From contig CM060732.1 in the NCBI GenBank assembly GCA_030704615.1, positions 33,542,001 through 33,606,000 on the forward strand: 64,000 nucleotides of DNA. The letters are read 5' to 3'. The DNA comes from Takakia lepidozioides (taxonomy: Eukaryota; Plantae; Bryophyta). The translations under genes and the position numbers were made by a program. Each line of letters opens with the position of its first letter. Position 1 is the first letter of the stretch. Of the stretch, positions 24,721-35,660 are shown in pieces. The notes beneath the pieces are model-generated. The model had not been told where the DNA came from, did no database searches, and saw only the letters and a list, made by a program, of their open reading frames with translations.

Positions 24721-27242
24721 AAAAAAAAGTCAGCCAAGGCGGCAGCGTTGGCGAAGGAGCAGATGGAGAAGCAGGCAGCTGAGCAGCCCAAGGATAGGAA
24801 GAAAAAAACGCGCAAACAGGGGCAAGAGACGAAGACCCCCACACCCAAGAAGAAGAAGCAGCAACATAGTCAGCCAAATGACGAGGATTCCGACGACAAT
24901 TTCCAGCAGGATAACACCCAGGGGGCCACACCTCGTCCGAAAATTCACAAGGGCCAGCGCTCCGGGGGTTCGGCTGCGAAGAGATCACTATACGAGGATG
25001 CACATGGCAGACCCTACCATGCGGTGTACATTGTGGGCAGGGAAGTCCTCAAAACACCCACAATTGTAGAGTGTGTTAATGAAAATTTCCTAATTGCTTT
25101 GACCAGAAGGCTGGAGAAAACGAGATTGAGGAAGGCGATCGAGGCCCACCAGGGGAAGGGGAAGAGGAAGGCCACTGGCAATGATATGGAGGACACTCCT
25201 GGCTACACAAAGATGATGGAGTATTTTGTGGTGATGAGCCACGGCAAAAAGAGCACAGTCAGGGGCAGGGCGGTGAAAGCCTCCATCGACATGATCCTTG
25301 TGGATATCCCGGATGGGCAGGAGATACTGGGGCTGGGCTCACTACCCTGGTGGAACAAGTACGACGAAAGATACTGGAGCCACACATTCGGGTTCGCAGC
25401 CAACATGTTGGACGACGACGACTGTGTTGTTGTGCTAGCAGCCGATGGAGAAGTCACTGAGCTGCAAGCGCTATAGCAGAAGGTGTTGCACAAGGGGCAT
25501 TGTGGAACTCCTGCTTCAGCAGATTTCTAGCGATGTCCACACTATCCCAGCAACTTCCTTTGAACACATGATACTCGTGTGTACCCATATGAATGCAGGC
25601 ACGAGTCATTGTCTTGCATCGGTGTGCCACCTGGTACATATGAGCGTGGCACACAAAAACACAAGACGGGGAAAGTTTGCAGAACCTGCACAAAAAAGTA
25701 TTGGTCTTGGGAGGGGTAAGCCATGGGGTGAAAGGATTCAGGGGCACACCTTCCCACTCACTTTTGTTTGGTTTAGCGTTGTTTCTCAGGCGAGGGCAAG
25801 AAATATTCACGCACTTACAATGCCCAATGCAGACCGACCTTCGAAATTTCAATCCAATGTCGTTGTGGGTGTTCGACGTTTTTGTCCTGCACCAAGGGTG
25901 TCCGTCATGTTTCTTGTCCATGCCCTGCAGAAGCCCAGCTAGTCCACTGGAAGACGTGGGAGGGTTGAGCTCAAACAAGATGTCCCCATCAAATTCTGCT
26001 GGCACGTATTGAACCCGCTGCACACGAAGGGACTCCCAATCAACAAAACGCAGCTCGCTCTTGCACCCAGGCACCCCTGCGAGGGCTTTCAATTTCGGAA
26101 TGACACTCGTTATCTCCTGCAACTCGTCATCATCCAAGAATGGAGTCTGCATTGGCGGAGGAATCTCAGAAACATCCTCCGAGGACGAGTCTGAAAGAGT
26201 CACGAATGTAGTGGATGTGCTCACCTCTTGTTTCACATGAACTGTGCCCTTCTGCTGCACGACCGATGCTGCAGTGCCAGGTGTAACTACTGATCCTGCT
26301 GATTGTCTTCTGTCTTTTCCAAGGACCCGGTATGTGCGGCAATCTGCTTGAGGAGGATTCGCACGTCCAAAACACCATCCTCCGTTTGCAGCTTTGAAAT
26401 TTGCGACCAGGGGTGTTTCATCAACCCTCCTTATGAACCGCATGTGGATGACATGCTCTACAATTTCATGCACTCTAGTCAGACAGCCAAAAGACCAGAT
26501 GGGTTTCCGTGGAGAGGTGCAAGGGAGAGAACCCAAGCGTTCATGCAGACGCTCTTGGAGTCGTGCAACTTCCATTCTGCAAGGGTGGTCGACCTCACAC
26601 TATCCACAGGTTCGTTGGTTCAATACTGTTCCCATTTTCGAGTTCTTCCAGTTTGCATCTGATTTGGAATCCTCTACAACATTGTTGATGCTTTCTGTCT
26701 TGGTAGGTGCGACTTATCGTGCTTGCAAGGTTGGCGGGAGAAGCCTTTTTGGCATGGAGGGCGACACCGAACTATTCAAAAGTGTCCTCCTCCCTCTTGT
26801 GTCTGACTCTACGTCTGGCACACAGACTGAACAAATTCAAATAAAAAATGATGAAGATACCGAGGATAAGCAGATCGACAATGACTTTTCATGTGAGTAA
26901 GTCTGTCATGGAACTGTGATTGCAGTTTGGGTGCATGTTCAATTTCGCAGACATCAAATTTTCAGTAATAACTTTTATCATGCTGTGACTTGCAGGAACG
27001 ACAACGATGGATCTTCAGGAGAAACCCCCATTTGTGGCGAGACTGTTTTCGACAGTCCCCTTTCCACTTTTGTGCTTCCTGTGTATGCCGAAGCAATGGC
27101 ACTTCAAATGGCCGAGGCTCTATCCCCTGACTTCTTTTTGCCCGATCGCAGGTGTAGCCTTCGTAGATCTGGAGTTATTAAATTCTTGGACTTGGATGCA
27201 GAGGAGACGGGGATACATTGTACTGACTCTGAGTCAGACTGA
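24721..27242 (+). pseudogene. Beta-class DNA amino-methyltransferase-like gene, paralogue A (split by an inverted transposase fragment)
   Basis: SIDMILVDIPDG (motif IV position) and FAANMLDDDDCVVVL (motifs V/VI). Exons 26324-26609, 26707-26896 and 26996-27242 splice in frame to ...AFMQTLLESCNFHSARVVDLTLSTGATYRACKVGGRSLFGMEGD (motifs X, I, II). Confidence 0.65.
25454..26300 (-). pseudogene. N-terminal GCM-like fragment of the MULE transposase
   Basis: DGDILFE..P, MDKKHDGHPWC.TKTS, CIGHCKC...C, CRFC, TRACIHMGTH align with the ORF at 2832-3992. It stops before the DDE core. Confidence 0.8.
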
Positions 27243-27358
27243 TCTTTGCATTTTTAATGTTCTGTTTATATCCTCTTCGGTAATGATTGAGTTCCCTTGC
27301 CTCATTGCAGTTATTTCGTCAGAAAAGAAAATGAAACTGTCAAGTTAAATAAGCACAG

Positions 27359-28020
27359 TGTGAAAACAACTAGAATAAAGCTAGTTATTTGTATTTAACA
27401 CTTGGATTTAGGTCAAGTGTTAAATCAGGTGTCAAGTTTAGTTTGACACCTGAACCGCCTTATCTTCACGAGAGCGGCAGTCGCGCAGCTCATCTCTCTC
27501 GAGTTGAGCCTGCGCGACCGAGCTCCTTTATGTGCTTAGAACTGAGTGTACTTATGATGGGAGGATAGGTTGTTGTGGGGTGGAGTCCCCATAGCTTGGG
27601 GTGCCCCTGGCTCGACTATTATCTGAAAGAGTGATGATGAGATGGATTTCATGTTTCTTGTGTTAAGAGTGTGTCTTTTAGCTTTTCTTATCACTCGAGA
27701 GAGATGAGTTTGCATCTGTGAGTGCAAGATGTGAGCTTAATTAGTTTTTAGCACTTGTGGGTTTTGTGTGAAGATGAGAGAGAAACACGAGGGTGCAATG
27801 GCAAGTTAGGCTTCTGTGTGTTGAAAGCGGTAACACGAAAGTGCATGGGTATTCTCCCTTTATAACGGTCACTGGCTGAGCGACAGATTGAGAGCCGAGC
27901 ATGGTGAAACGATCAGCATTATTGTTGTCTCGCAAGGCTGGGATGCAAGCCTTCATTGTGAAGATCTTGGTGGTTAGAAGCGGAGGTGCAACTGGTTTGC
28001 TTCTCAATTTGGAATCTGAG
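27359..28020. repeat. LTR fragment, same family as the one starting at 55810
   Basis: Starts TGTGAAA and shares TATCTTCACG, CTCGAGTTGAGCCT and TTATCACTCGAGA.AGATGAG blocks with 55810-56250. Confidence 0.65.
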
Positions 28021-28244
28021 TCGTGGCCCAGATGGAGTGTGAGTCCTAATTAGGGAGCGTGAATCTTGCTTGTAGTCCCACCATCAGCTGCATAGAACTT
28101 GGAAGTCTAATATGGGGGACAAAAAGTTCATTATGATGGACTGTGCACTCTAACACATAATTATTGTAGTCCAACTATTGGGACTTCGGCCAATGGTAAG
28201 GACTACAATGACTTGTCTGGACTCAAATTACAGTTAATGTTGTA

Positions 28245-29570
28245 TTGGTAGACACTAGGCACCAAGTGATAATTCAGCCTTCTCAAACCAGTTGTAATGG
28301 TGTAGGTGTGATAGCATATGATGGCTTCATTGATGCCAACAAACGAAGACCAGGACCTCCATCTCAGGCCACCACCAACTATAGCGCATTCACCACCAAC
28401 TACAGTGGAGGCCAAAGTGGACATGGTGGTGGTGTTGTGAACCAAAACTTCCCTCGAACTCCAAGCTCGTCAACTCTTCAAATGTCACCTTTGGGGCTGT
28501 CGCGGCCGGGGATCGTTGCACCAATTGTTGGTGATCCGTTGAACCCTGAGGTTGATGTCACACCTGATACCATCATGCAAGAGGTTTCAGCTTCAGGAAA
28601 GGGTTATGTCAAGAAGTTCCTCATTCCTGGTTCTCCACCAAAGAAGATTCCTGGATCTCCACTGCAGGCTTCATTTGTTCCAGAGATTGTCACGACACAT
28701 ACGCTACAAAGTACACATGAAGATGTTGTGGACTTGACAATCCCATCCACTGTTGTTCCTCCTTATGTGGATGTGAAGGTTGAAAGAGATGGTGCCCAAA
28801 ATACTGGACATGTGGCAACCCTCTCATCAGACTCAGAATTGGGGTCACAGGGATTTGAAACTGATGCTGGGGCCGACTCCCAGTCTGATTCTGATACAAT
28901 TGTGTTGCACACTACCATAGGTGGAGGCCCCTCACAAGTTTCAGATCCTATATTTCATGTCACTCCACCAGTTGCTACCTCCCTTGTTGCTCCGCCAATA
29001 TCCATTCCCACAGTTCCAGCTCAATTTGATGGTGGTTTTCCATTACCTATGGTAGTATATGTACCTCATGCCTTAGCGACAACCCCTCCTGTTCTTGGAC
29101 TAGTGTTGAACCCCCCAGCTGCAGCCCTTGTCAGTCCACATGTTCAGGCAACAGGGAAGCGTAAACGAGAACGAAAGAGATCTCGCAAGGCATTGAGTGC
29201 AAAGTATGCAAAGAAGCCCACCACTCGGGCGGATTCTAAGGTATCAATTGACAAGGATATGGACAAGTGCCCAGGTGAAAGTACCCCCTCATCAAAGAGA
29301 GTTGTCGTGCACAAGCCCTTGGATACGAATGAAGACAACGATCTGAGCCACCATGATAAGAGTAACTCAATCCCACGGGACGGTGTTGTGAAGGCCGCTC
29401 GGGGCCCTGTTGTGAAGTCACTAAACACCGTGAAGACTCCTCCCAACCTGACCACTCGGGGGCCTGTTGTCAAGTCTCTTAATACTGTCAAGACCCCACC
29501 TAACTTGAAGATGGATGCAGGTTCTTCTGGTGTAGGCCCTAAGAAGAAGAAAAGAAAACATATCAACTAG
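28245..29570 (+). CDS. Long open frame, Pro/Val/Ser/Thr-rich, basic C-terminus; function unknown
   Basis: 441 codons without a stop; KRKRERKRSRK and KKKKRK clusters; an internal duplication (RGPVVKSLNTVKTPPNL x2). No recognisable domain. Confidence 0.35.
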   Translation: MVDTRHQVIIQPSQTSCNGVGVIAYDGFIDANKRRPGPPSQATTNYSAFTTNYSGGQSGHGGGVVNQNFPRTPSSSTLQMSPLGLSRPGIVAPIVGDPLNPEVDVTPDTIMQEVSASGKGYVKKFLIPGSPPKKIPGSPLQASFVPEIVTTHTLQSTHEDVVDLTIPSTVVPPYVDVKVERDGAQNTGHVATLSSDSELGSQGFETDAGADSQSDSDTIVLHTTIGGGPSQVSDPIFHVTPPVATSLVAPPISIPTVPAQFDGGFPLPMVVYVPHALATTPPVLGLVLNPPAAALVSPHVQATGKRKRERKRSRKALSAKYAKKPTTRADSKVSIDKDMDKCPGESTPSSKRVVVHKPLDTNEDNDLSHHDKSNSIPRDGVVKAARGPVVKSLNTVKTPPNLTTRGPVVKSLNTVKTPPNLKMDAGSSGVGPKKKKRKHIN

Positions 29571-31541
29571 GTACAAGCTGAGTACTGTACACTTATGCTT
29601 TTATCACTAATGTTAGAATAACTCGTGGTTGTTATTTTGCCAATTCATGCTCAAGTTTCTGATGCAATTTAACTCCTCTATGCATGATATATAGGACATA
29701 CATCTGGTATACGTCTAGTGCTGAATTATGAGACAGAAGTATAATAAGATCTTGAGCATTGTGGGTGGCAATGCAGGGCATGTGATTAGCAGACCGCCCC
29801 TATGAGGACTTTACCACTCGCTGCTGTCATTGTGGGGACAGGTCTCGTCTCTTCATCAGTACTTGTTCATTTATGACATGGCCACTTTGGGAGGCAGGCA
29901 CCAAGCAAAGGCTAGTCTTTCATCGATGGGGTAGAGATTGGTGCCACGATATGTCAATGTTGAGCAGTTTAGAACTGGCAGAGGATGTGTTAGTTGTTAC
30001 CATTAGGTGCCCAGCCAAGTCATGTGATGTGGATTTGCCCTTGTGATTTCTCGAGTAGCTCACAATGGACACATGACATGGATTGAGGGCATGCACATTA
30101 CTATTCTTTGTTCATTTTCTGCTGATAGGTATGCTGTACATGTTTGAGTAAGGCAGCAATATCATGACAGTGGTTTTTGAAAACAATGCACTCTATTTTG
30201 CTATCTGTTTATGATAGGAATTGCTAGAATACCTTCCTGCAGGCAGTCTACTGTCATTCATTCTATGTGAGAAAGATGGCTTTGTAAGGCCCGTTGCTTT
30301 TCCTGCCTGTGCTACAATTCTCCAACATGCGTGGGTTTAACAGAGTCTGCGCCTGAAATTTGACTAACTGGTGGATGGTATGGCTACATCCGGTTGCGTA
30401 CCTCTATCCTCCTTTGCTTGACTCTGATAGTTCATTTACAAAACTGCAATCGGACACCAACAATACAAGTCTCCATCTCTCAATGGTAATTAGTCTAGCT
30501 CCTTGGTGAAGATCCCTGGTATGGCGGACCGAAGCCTGGCCAACAGACAACATTCCCATCATTCCCCTCTCTACAGCTGGTTTTGTACCCCAAGTCAGGA
30601 CACTAATCAACTCACTAAACAGAATATACCTCAGTAATGAGCAGCTCTAAGCAATCTACCTTCGCTCAATTGAGCACAGAAATGTGATTTGTAGTGTTGC
30701 CTGCCTAAGTCTTCAGAGAGTTTGATAGTATCTCTCAACTTCATCCAAGCCCAAAAATTACTTGTGTGTATGATTTAATGCATGCAGTTCAATATGCAAG
30801 GATGGCTTAACTTTGAAGAGGGAATCAAGACAGTATGATAGCAGGTCTGCTGCTGTTCCACTTGATTGTCCCACTGTGTTTGGAAGGCTGTTAGCAACTC
30901 AGACTAGAATGGCGCCCGGCTTCAGCATGTTGAGGATCATGTACCTTGAGGATCATGTGCCTTATTTTTACAGCTATGATCTTCTCCACTTTCTTATCCA
31001 AAACGAGGGTGTGGAACTTTGAAAGGACCAGGAAGTATGACAAGTTGTAGGGTTTATGATGAGGTTTTGCCATATCTTCATAGCCAGGCACCTTTGCCAA
31101 CCAGTTGGTATGAGAAGGGGGAGGACAACAGATTGTGTGATCAGAGAGGAAGGCAGACACACTCCAAATAACAAGAAACCAATCACAGAAAGAAAACCAG
31201 ACACATTAAATTGAAATTCCCCGCCTTGTGAAGTGATACACCACAACACTAGTGCGGGAATTCTAGTCACCAGGCACATTCAATTGAACAGTAACAAATT
31301 TGGCCACAGCCACAGCCTCTTCAGCCATAGCTTGCAAGATAGATTATAGATTATGAATTATAATCTGCGGCCAAATAACAAAGCTACATACATACAAATT
31401 CCGAAAACAATCTCTCAGCTCACAAGCAACTTGTAATTCACATTGCTACATATTTGAGTTACATAACCCAAGGGAGAATTGGACCCCATCCCGATAAGGG
31501 AAGTTGCCCGTCAACCATGGATTGGCCTGCAACATGCCATC

Positions 31542-34500
31542 TTAGCGATCTTCCATCGCTGCCAGAGCTTCATTGATGCCTTCCAATGCATCCGCAGACA
31601 AGGTGAAGACTGCATCCTTGCCTTTGACTCAATATGTCGCTGGAGGCATAGCAAATTTGATAGCCCTCACCAAATGCGAATACAGAAATGCCAAAGGCTG
31701 GTTAGATAGGAACTTGTAAGCCTTATCTCTTCTTCCACACAACTGGTAACATCTCCTTGCAACCACATGCTCGCCAGGGTCAAAAGTACTTCCCCACCCA
31801 TCTGTGAATGTCTCCATAACAACGTGAACCGGCCTTTCACAACAGAGCAAGTAGAAGTCCACCCCTTCTGAGTTTCCAGCTTCAGCATTGCAGGCAAAAT
31901 TGTCCCCTGCATCCAAGCAGGAGGCCAAGTCCTCCCCATCTCCCCCAAACTCCTGTTCTTCATCCCCTTTTTCTTCAATCTGCCTCCGGACAGCAGTTGT
32001 ATTTGTAGGTTGCAGGGTTTGCAACTTCCATTTTCATGCATGAGCAATACTGATGCACTTGTCCCAATCAAGATCCAAACAATGCGGACAAAAACGTGCT
32101 AAGTCTCGAACCATAAGTTTGGTTGGGTCTGACTTGTTCCTCCCAAGAATGGAATGTAAAGACCGAGTTCCAGGTACGGTCTTGCAATCCCACTCTTGTG
32201 TACGGTCAAATGTACCAACAAGCCAAAAATGTCTTTTCACACCTGTTCTAATCTTAGAGTACGAAGAAGGAGGTCGGGTGGACAGGTTCTTGCGCAAAAA
32301 AGCTACTGCCTCAGCAGCATTTTGCAGCTTCACACCATTTGAGTTTAACTGCTCTGCTCGTAAAGCCCTCTTGATCACAGCACAAGCCCCATCGTGCTCA
32401 CCTTTCCCATGCCCTGATCCAAAAAAGTTCCACCACATTGTGCAACCCCCTGTGATGTGGGGGTACCTAGTAACAAAATACCAAGGACGAGCACCTTTAA
32501 ACTGAGCAGCACAACCGTCACTCCATACCCAATGCGATTCAGGTCTGAACCCTACTTCAGCAAGGTAATTCCAATGAAACCGAAAGCAATGTTGTGGGAA
32601 CAGCGTGTCATGCTTGTTGTCATCAGAAATGTAAAAGTGCATTTCTTTCAAAACCTTGGAATCGGGATCATTCACATCAGGGTGTGGATTCCACCGGTAG
32701 GTAATGTGCATCAATATAGTGATCTGGAAACTGTGCCAGTGCATCTCTTGCACTTCATTCTGAACCGTAAAAGTGTAGTTTTCAGCAAAGTCAACAACAG
32801 ACAATATTGTATTCTCTGGCAAAGATTTCAAACTGGTTTTAAACTGAGCATCTTGCTATCGGGCTACAAAGTTATGACGAACAAAAGCCTATAGCTTGGG
32901 TTTGAAGTACGACAAGAATTCAATAGAGGAAGTCGTTTGGTATTGGAGTTTCAGTCTCATTCTAGGGGCTCCATCTTTCTCCCCAACATTCTCTTTTGCA
33001 TAACATCTCCACTGCACTGTCAAATCACAACCATTTGCCTCCATGGGACAAATAGATAACTTACTTGAGCCACACCTCAAGCACTCTCCCATGAGACAGT
33101 CTCGCCGATGCCATTCATCCAATTCCCCTTTGGGACAAACAATTTCTTGCCAAAGCCAAGTCACTCCTTTGTAGGGGTGCTTGTTCGCTTGACAACCAAC
33201 TTCACCATCTAATACTGGTCTATGTCGACAAATATTACAGTCACAAGTACATGATGATGGAGAGTGGACACCCCTCTCGGCAGTCCGCATGTTGTTGAAC
33301 CCATCCTTCAACTCCGCCATCTCCACATGATATTTGCAGCAACAAACATTACGATCCTTCAGGCGTTTGACAAAAAATGGCCTCAACAACTCAAACAATC
33401 GTTGACCCACTTTGACATTGGGATGGGCTGATTTGAAGCGAAGAAAGAAAGCAGTCTGCATTGCCACCACAACATGCACAAAGAGAATCCCATTTAATGC
33501 ATGCACTAAGAAAACCTACTACTAGTCCTAGACCAGTCCTAGACCTAGTCTTAGTCATAGTCCTTTCTCATCACATGTCAAATTGTACAAGTACTAATCA
33601 GTCCTAGTAGTCCTAGACCTAGTCCTTCCTAGTCACATGTCAAGTAGTACATGTCCTAATCAGTCCGAGTGTGAGTCCTTTCTAGTCACATATCAAGGAA
33701 TGCATGTACTAACCAGTCCTAGTCCTAGTCCTAGTCCTAGTCACATACCAATGAATGCATGTCCTAATCAGTCCTAGTCCTACTTCTTTCTAGTCACATA
33801 TCAAGGAATGCATGTCCAAATCGGTCCTAGTCCTAGTCATTGTCCTTTTCTAGTCACATTTCAAGGAGTGCATGTACTAATGGAGTACATGTACATCGAC
33901 TTCTAGTCCCTCCAAATCAAATTACATGGAGTGCATGCTATTTTGTCCTATCTAGTCATAATATAAGGAGTGCATGCTAGTGAGTCGTACTTCTAGTCCA
34001 TCCCAGGCCTATTTACAATGAGTACCAGTCCATGAACAAGAGGGACATCTTCAAGACACTCCAATTCAGGACATGAGCTAGACATAGTGTCCACAATTGA
34101 GTACAGTAATCTCAGTCCACTGGTAGGTTTACAGGTGACGATGTACCTTGTCTAGGGAAAATGTACGAGGCAACCCAAACAACACAATGGCAGTTGACAA
34201 ACTCCAACATAGTCCAATACAGTTATGTACAGTAGCAAGTGTAGAAGGACTGTAAAGTACTGAGAGCCCACACAAACACTGTAAAGAGAGGGTTCGCTTA
34301 CCTGAGTCTCAAGAAGATAGTGAGCAGGTTGTGTATCATAGACTTTCCTCAATATGCACTGCCTCACGACATCTTTGTTGTTGGGTGACACTCGTGTCTC
34401 ATTTACCCACCAAGCCAAAACGATCGCTCGGGTCGCATCTGGTACATGATCAGACCTTTTCTTTCTCCCACCCAAAGCCCACAAACCCTCACCTGAATCA

Positions 34501-35110
34501 ATGACTCTTCGTCGTACAATTGCACGACTAATATTGTTATGATGAATATTAAGGATACGAGCCGTTGCCCTCACAGCAGTGGTCTGGGTTCCACTAACAG
34601 ACGCTGTTAAGAATGAGCGTTTACTCGCAAGCTTATCTAAGACTGCACACCCTTAACAAGTTGCATGGAGCTCTGCTGGTTCTTCAACAGATCTGCATGC
34701 GCCTTGGCCTCCTTAGGCAGCAGGTAATAGGCATGTAAGCTGAGTTTAATGAGATAGTGACCCAAAAATAACTCCATTACCTCTGTTTGTGAATGAAGTG
34801 TTGGGCATTCCCTCAATTGCTTGTAACAGAAGTCGACCATTTTCAAAGCTATTCTCCTCTTGTCTCGTTCTCCAAACCCCACCCTGACATCTTCCACAGA
34901 ACCTTGCCCGGACGTTGTAGCAGTCGCATTAATCTTTGCCTCTTTTTGGGCTTGAAGTCTCTCCCTATACATTCTTTTCTGGTCAGCGTGGGTTTGTTTG
35001 CGTGCATCCTCGATGGGCCTAGCTGCAGCCAACAAAGCCAGTTTTGCCCTTTTTTGAGGGCCTGGTCTTACCTCTCCATTTACCCTATACTTGTTCTTCT
35101 TGTTCCCCAT
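31542..35110 (-). pseudogene. Sola-like (DDD-type) DNA transposase, intron-containing, disrupted
   Basis: VVDFAENY, WSDGCAAQFK, WNFFGSGHGKGEHDG and a Cys-rich N-terminal part. Phase-0 intron 34301-33456, frameshift at ~34638, in-frame stops at 32889, ~32856, 32034 and 31629. Confidence 0.75.
33520..33960. repeat. Degenerate (AGTCCT)n-based minisatellite within the transposase intron
   Basis: Repeated TAGTCC and TTCTAGTCACAT.TCAAGGA.TGCATGT units of ~55-65 bp. Confidence 0.8.
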
Positions 35111-35410
35111 TGAAAACTGATACAACTGTTAGCACAATATAGAGATCGGAAACCAGACAGCAGTTTGCTTAAGTGTACTCTCTCTCCCAATGGTTGTCCC
35201 AGTCCAATTCAGTTGTGTGAAAACATGGCCTGCAAAACAACCCAAAGCAAATGTGAGAAGAATATCAACACTCTCGGTTTTGTTGCACCAATTTACACCA
35301 AGTAGGAAAATCTGCAATGAATATGACAACAAATGGGAGAGCCCCCACCTTTACTTGTTATGTAATCAGCCACAAACCCAATGCTTCCACGATTTACTTC
35401 ACCATTCCTA

Positions 35411-35660
35411 TTATTCTCTCGCCCTTGTCGTCCGGACTGTGGACAAAATCACAATGTCGACTTCACGTCCTTGAAACCCATCCACAGTATTGAACTCAAT
35501 GTCACATGCTGCACCAGAACCTAGTGCACGAATAAAGCGATTCTGAAGCAGTAATAGCTGCTGCTTGTACAGTGTAATTATTATCCCAAAGCGCTCTGGC
35601 CTCACCTCAGCTGAATACCTGGTAAAATTCCACCAAACGCAGCAGCAGCAAAGAACGCAT
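35411..35660 (-). pseudogene. Fragment of a SEN1/Upf1-like SF1 helicase C-terminal domain
   Basis: GIIITLYKQQL...IEFNTVDGFQGREVDIVILSTVR. Confidence 0.8.

Larger units (their letters stand above)
21067..27358. mobile_element. Rearranged MULE-related element carrying two DNA methyltransferase-like genes and a GCM-transposase fragment
   Basis: Begins at the gypsy breakpoint and shares TTCGGCGCC repeats and a homologous GCM-like ORF with the element at 1-4560. The right side is cut by an LTR. Confidence 0.6.

Noticed and set aside
26420-26440. NPPY tetrapeptide as the catalytic motif of an N6-adenine methylase
   Set aside because: Not conserved in paralogue B (IDSTV at the aligned position) and lies in the variable region; the DIPD site fits motif IV context better. 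Worth rechecking in a family alignment.
26300-26575. True bidirectional coding overlap of the GCM ORF with the methylase exon
   Set aside because: The minus-strand translation here shows no similarity to the other transposase copy; probably an incidental open antisense frame.
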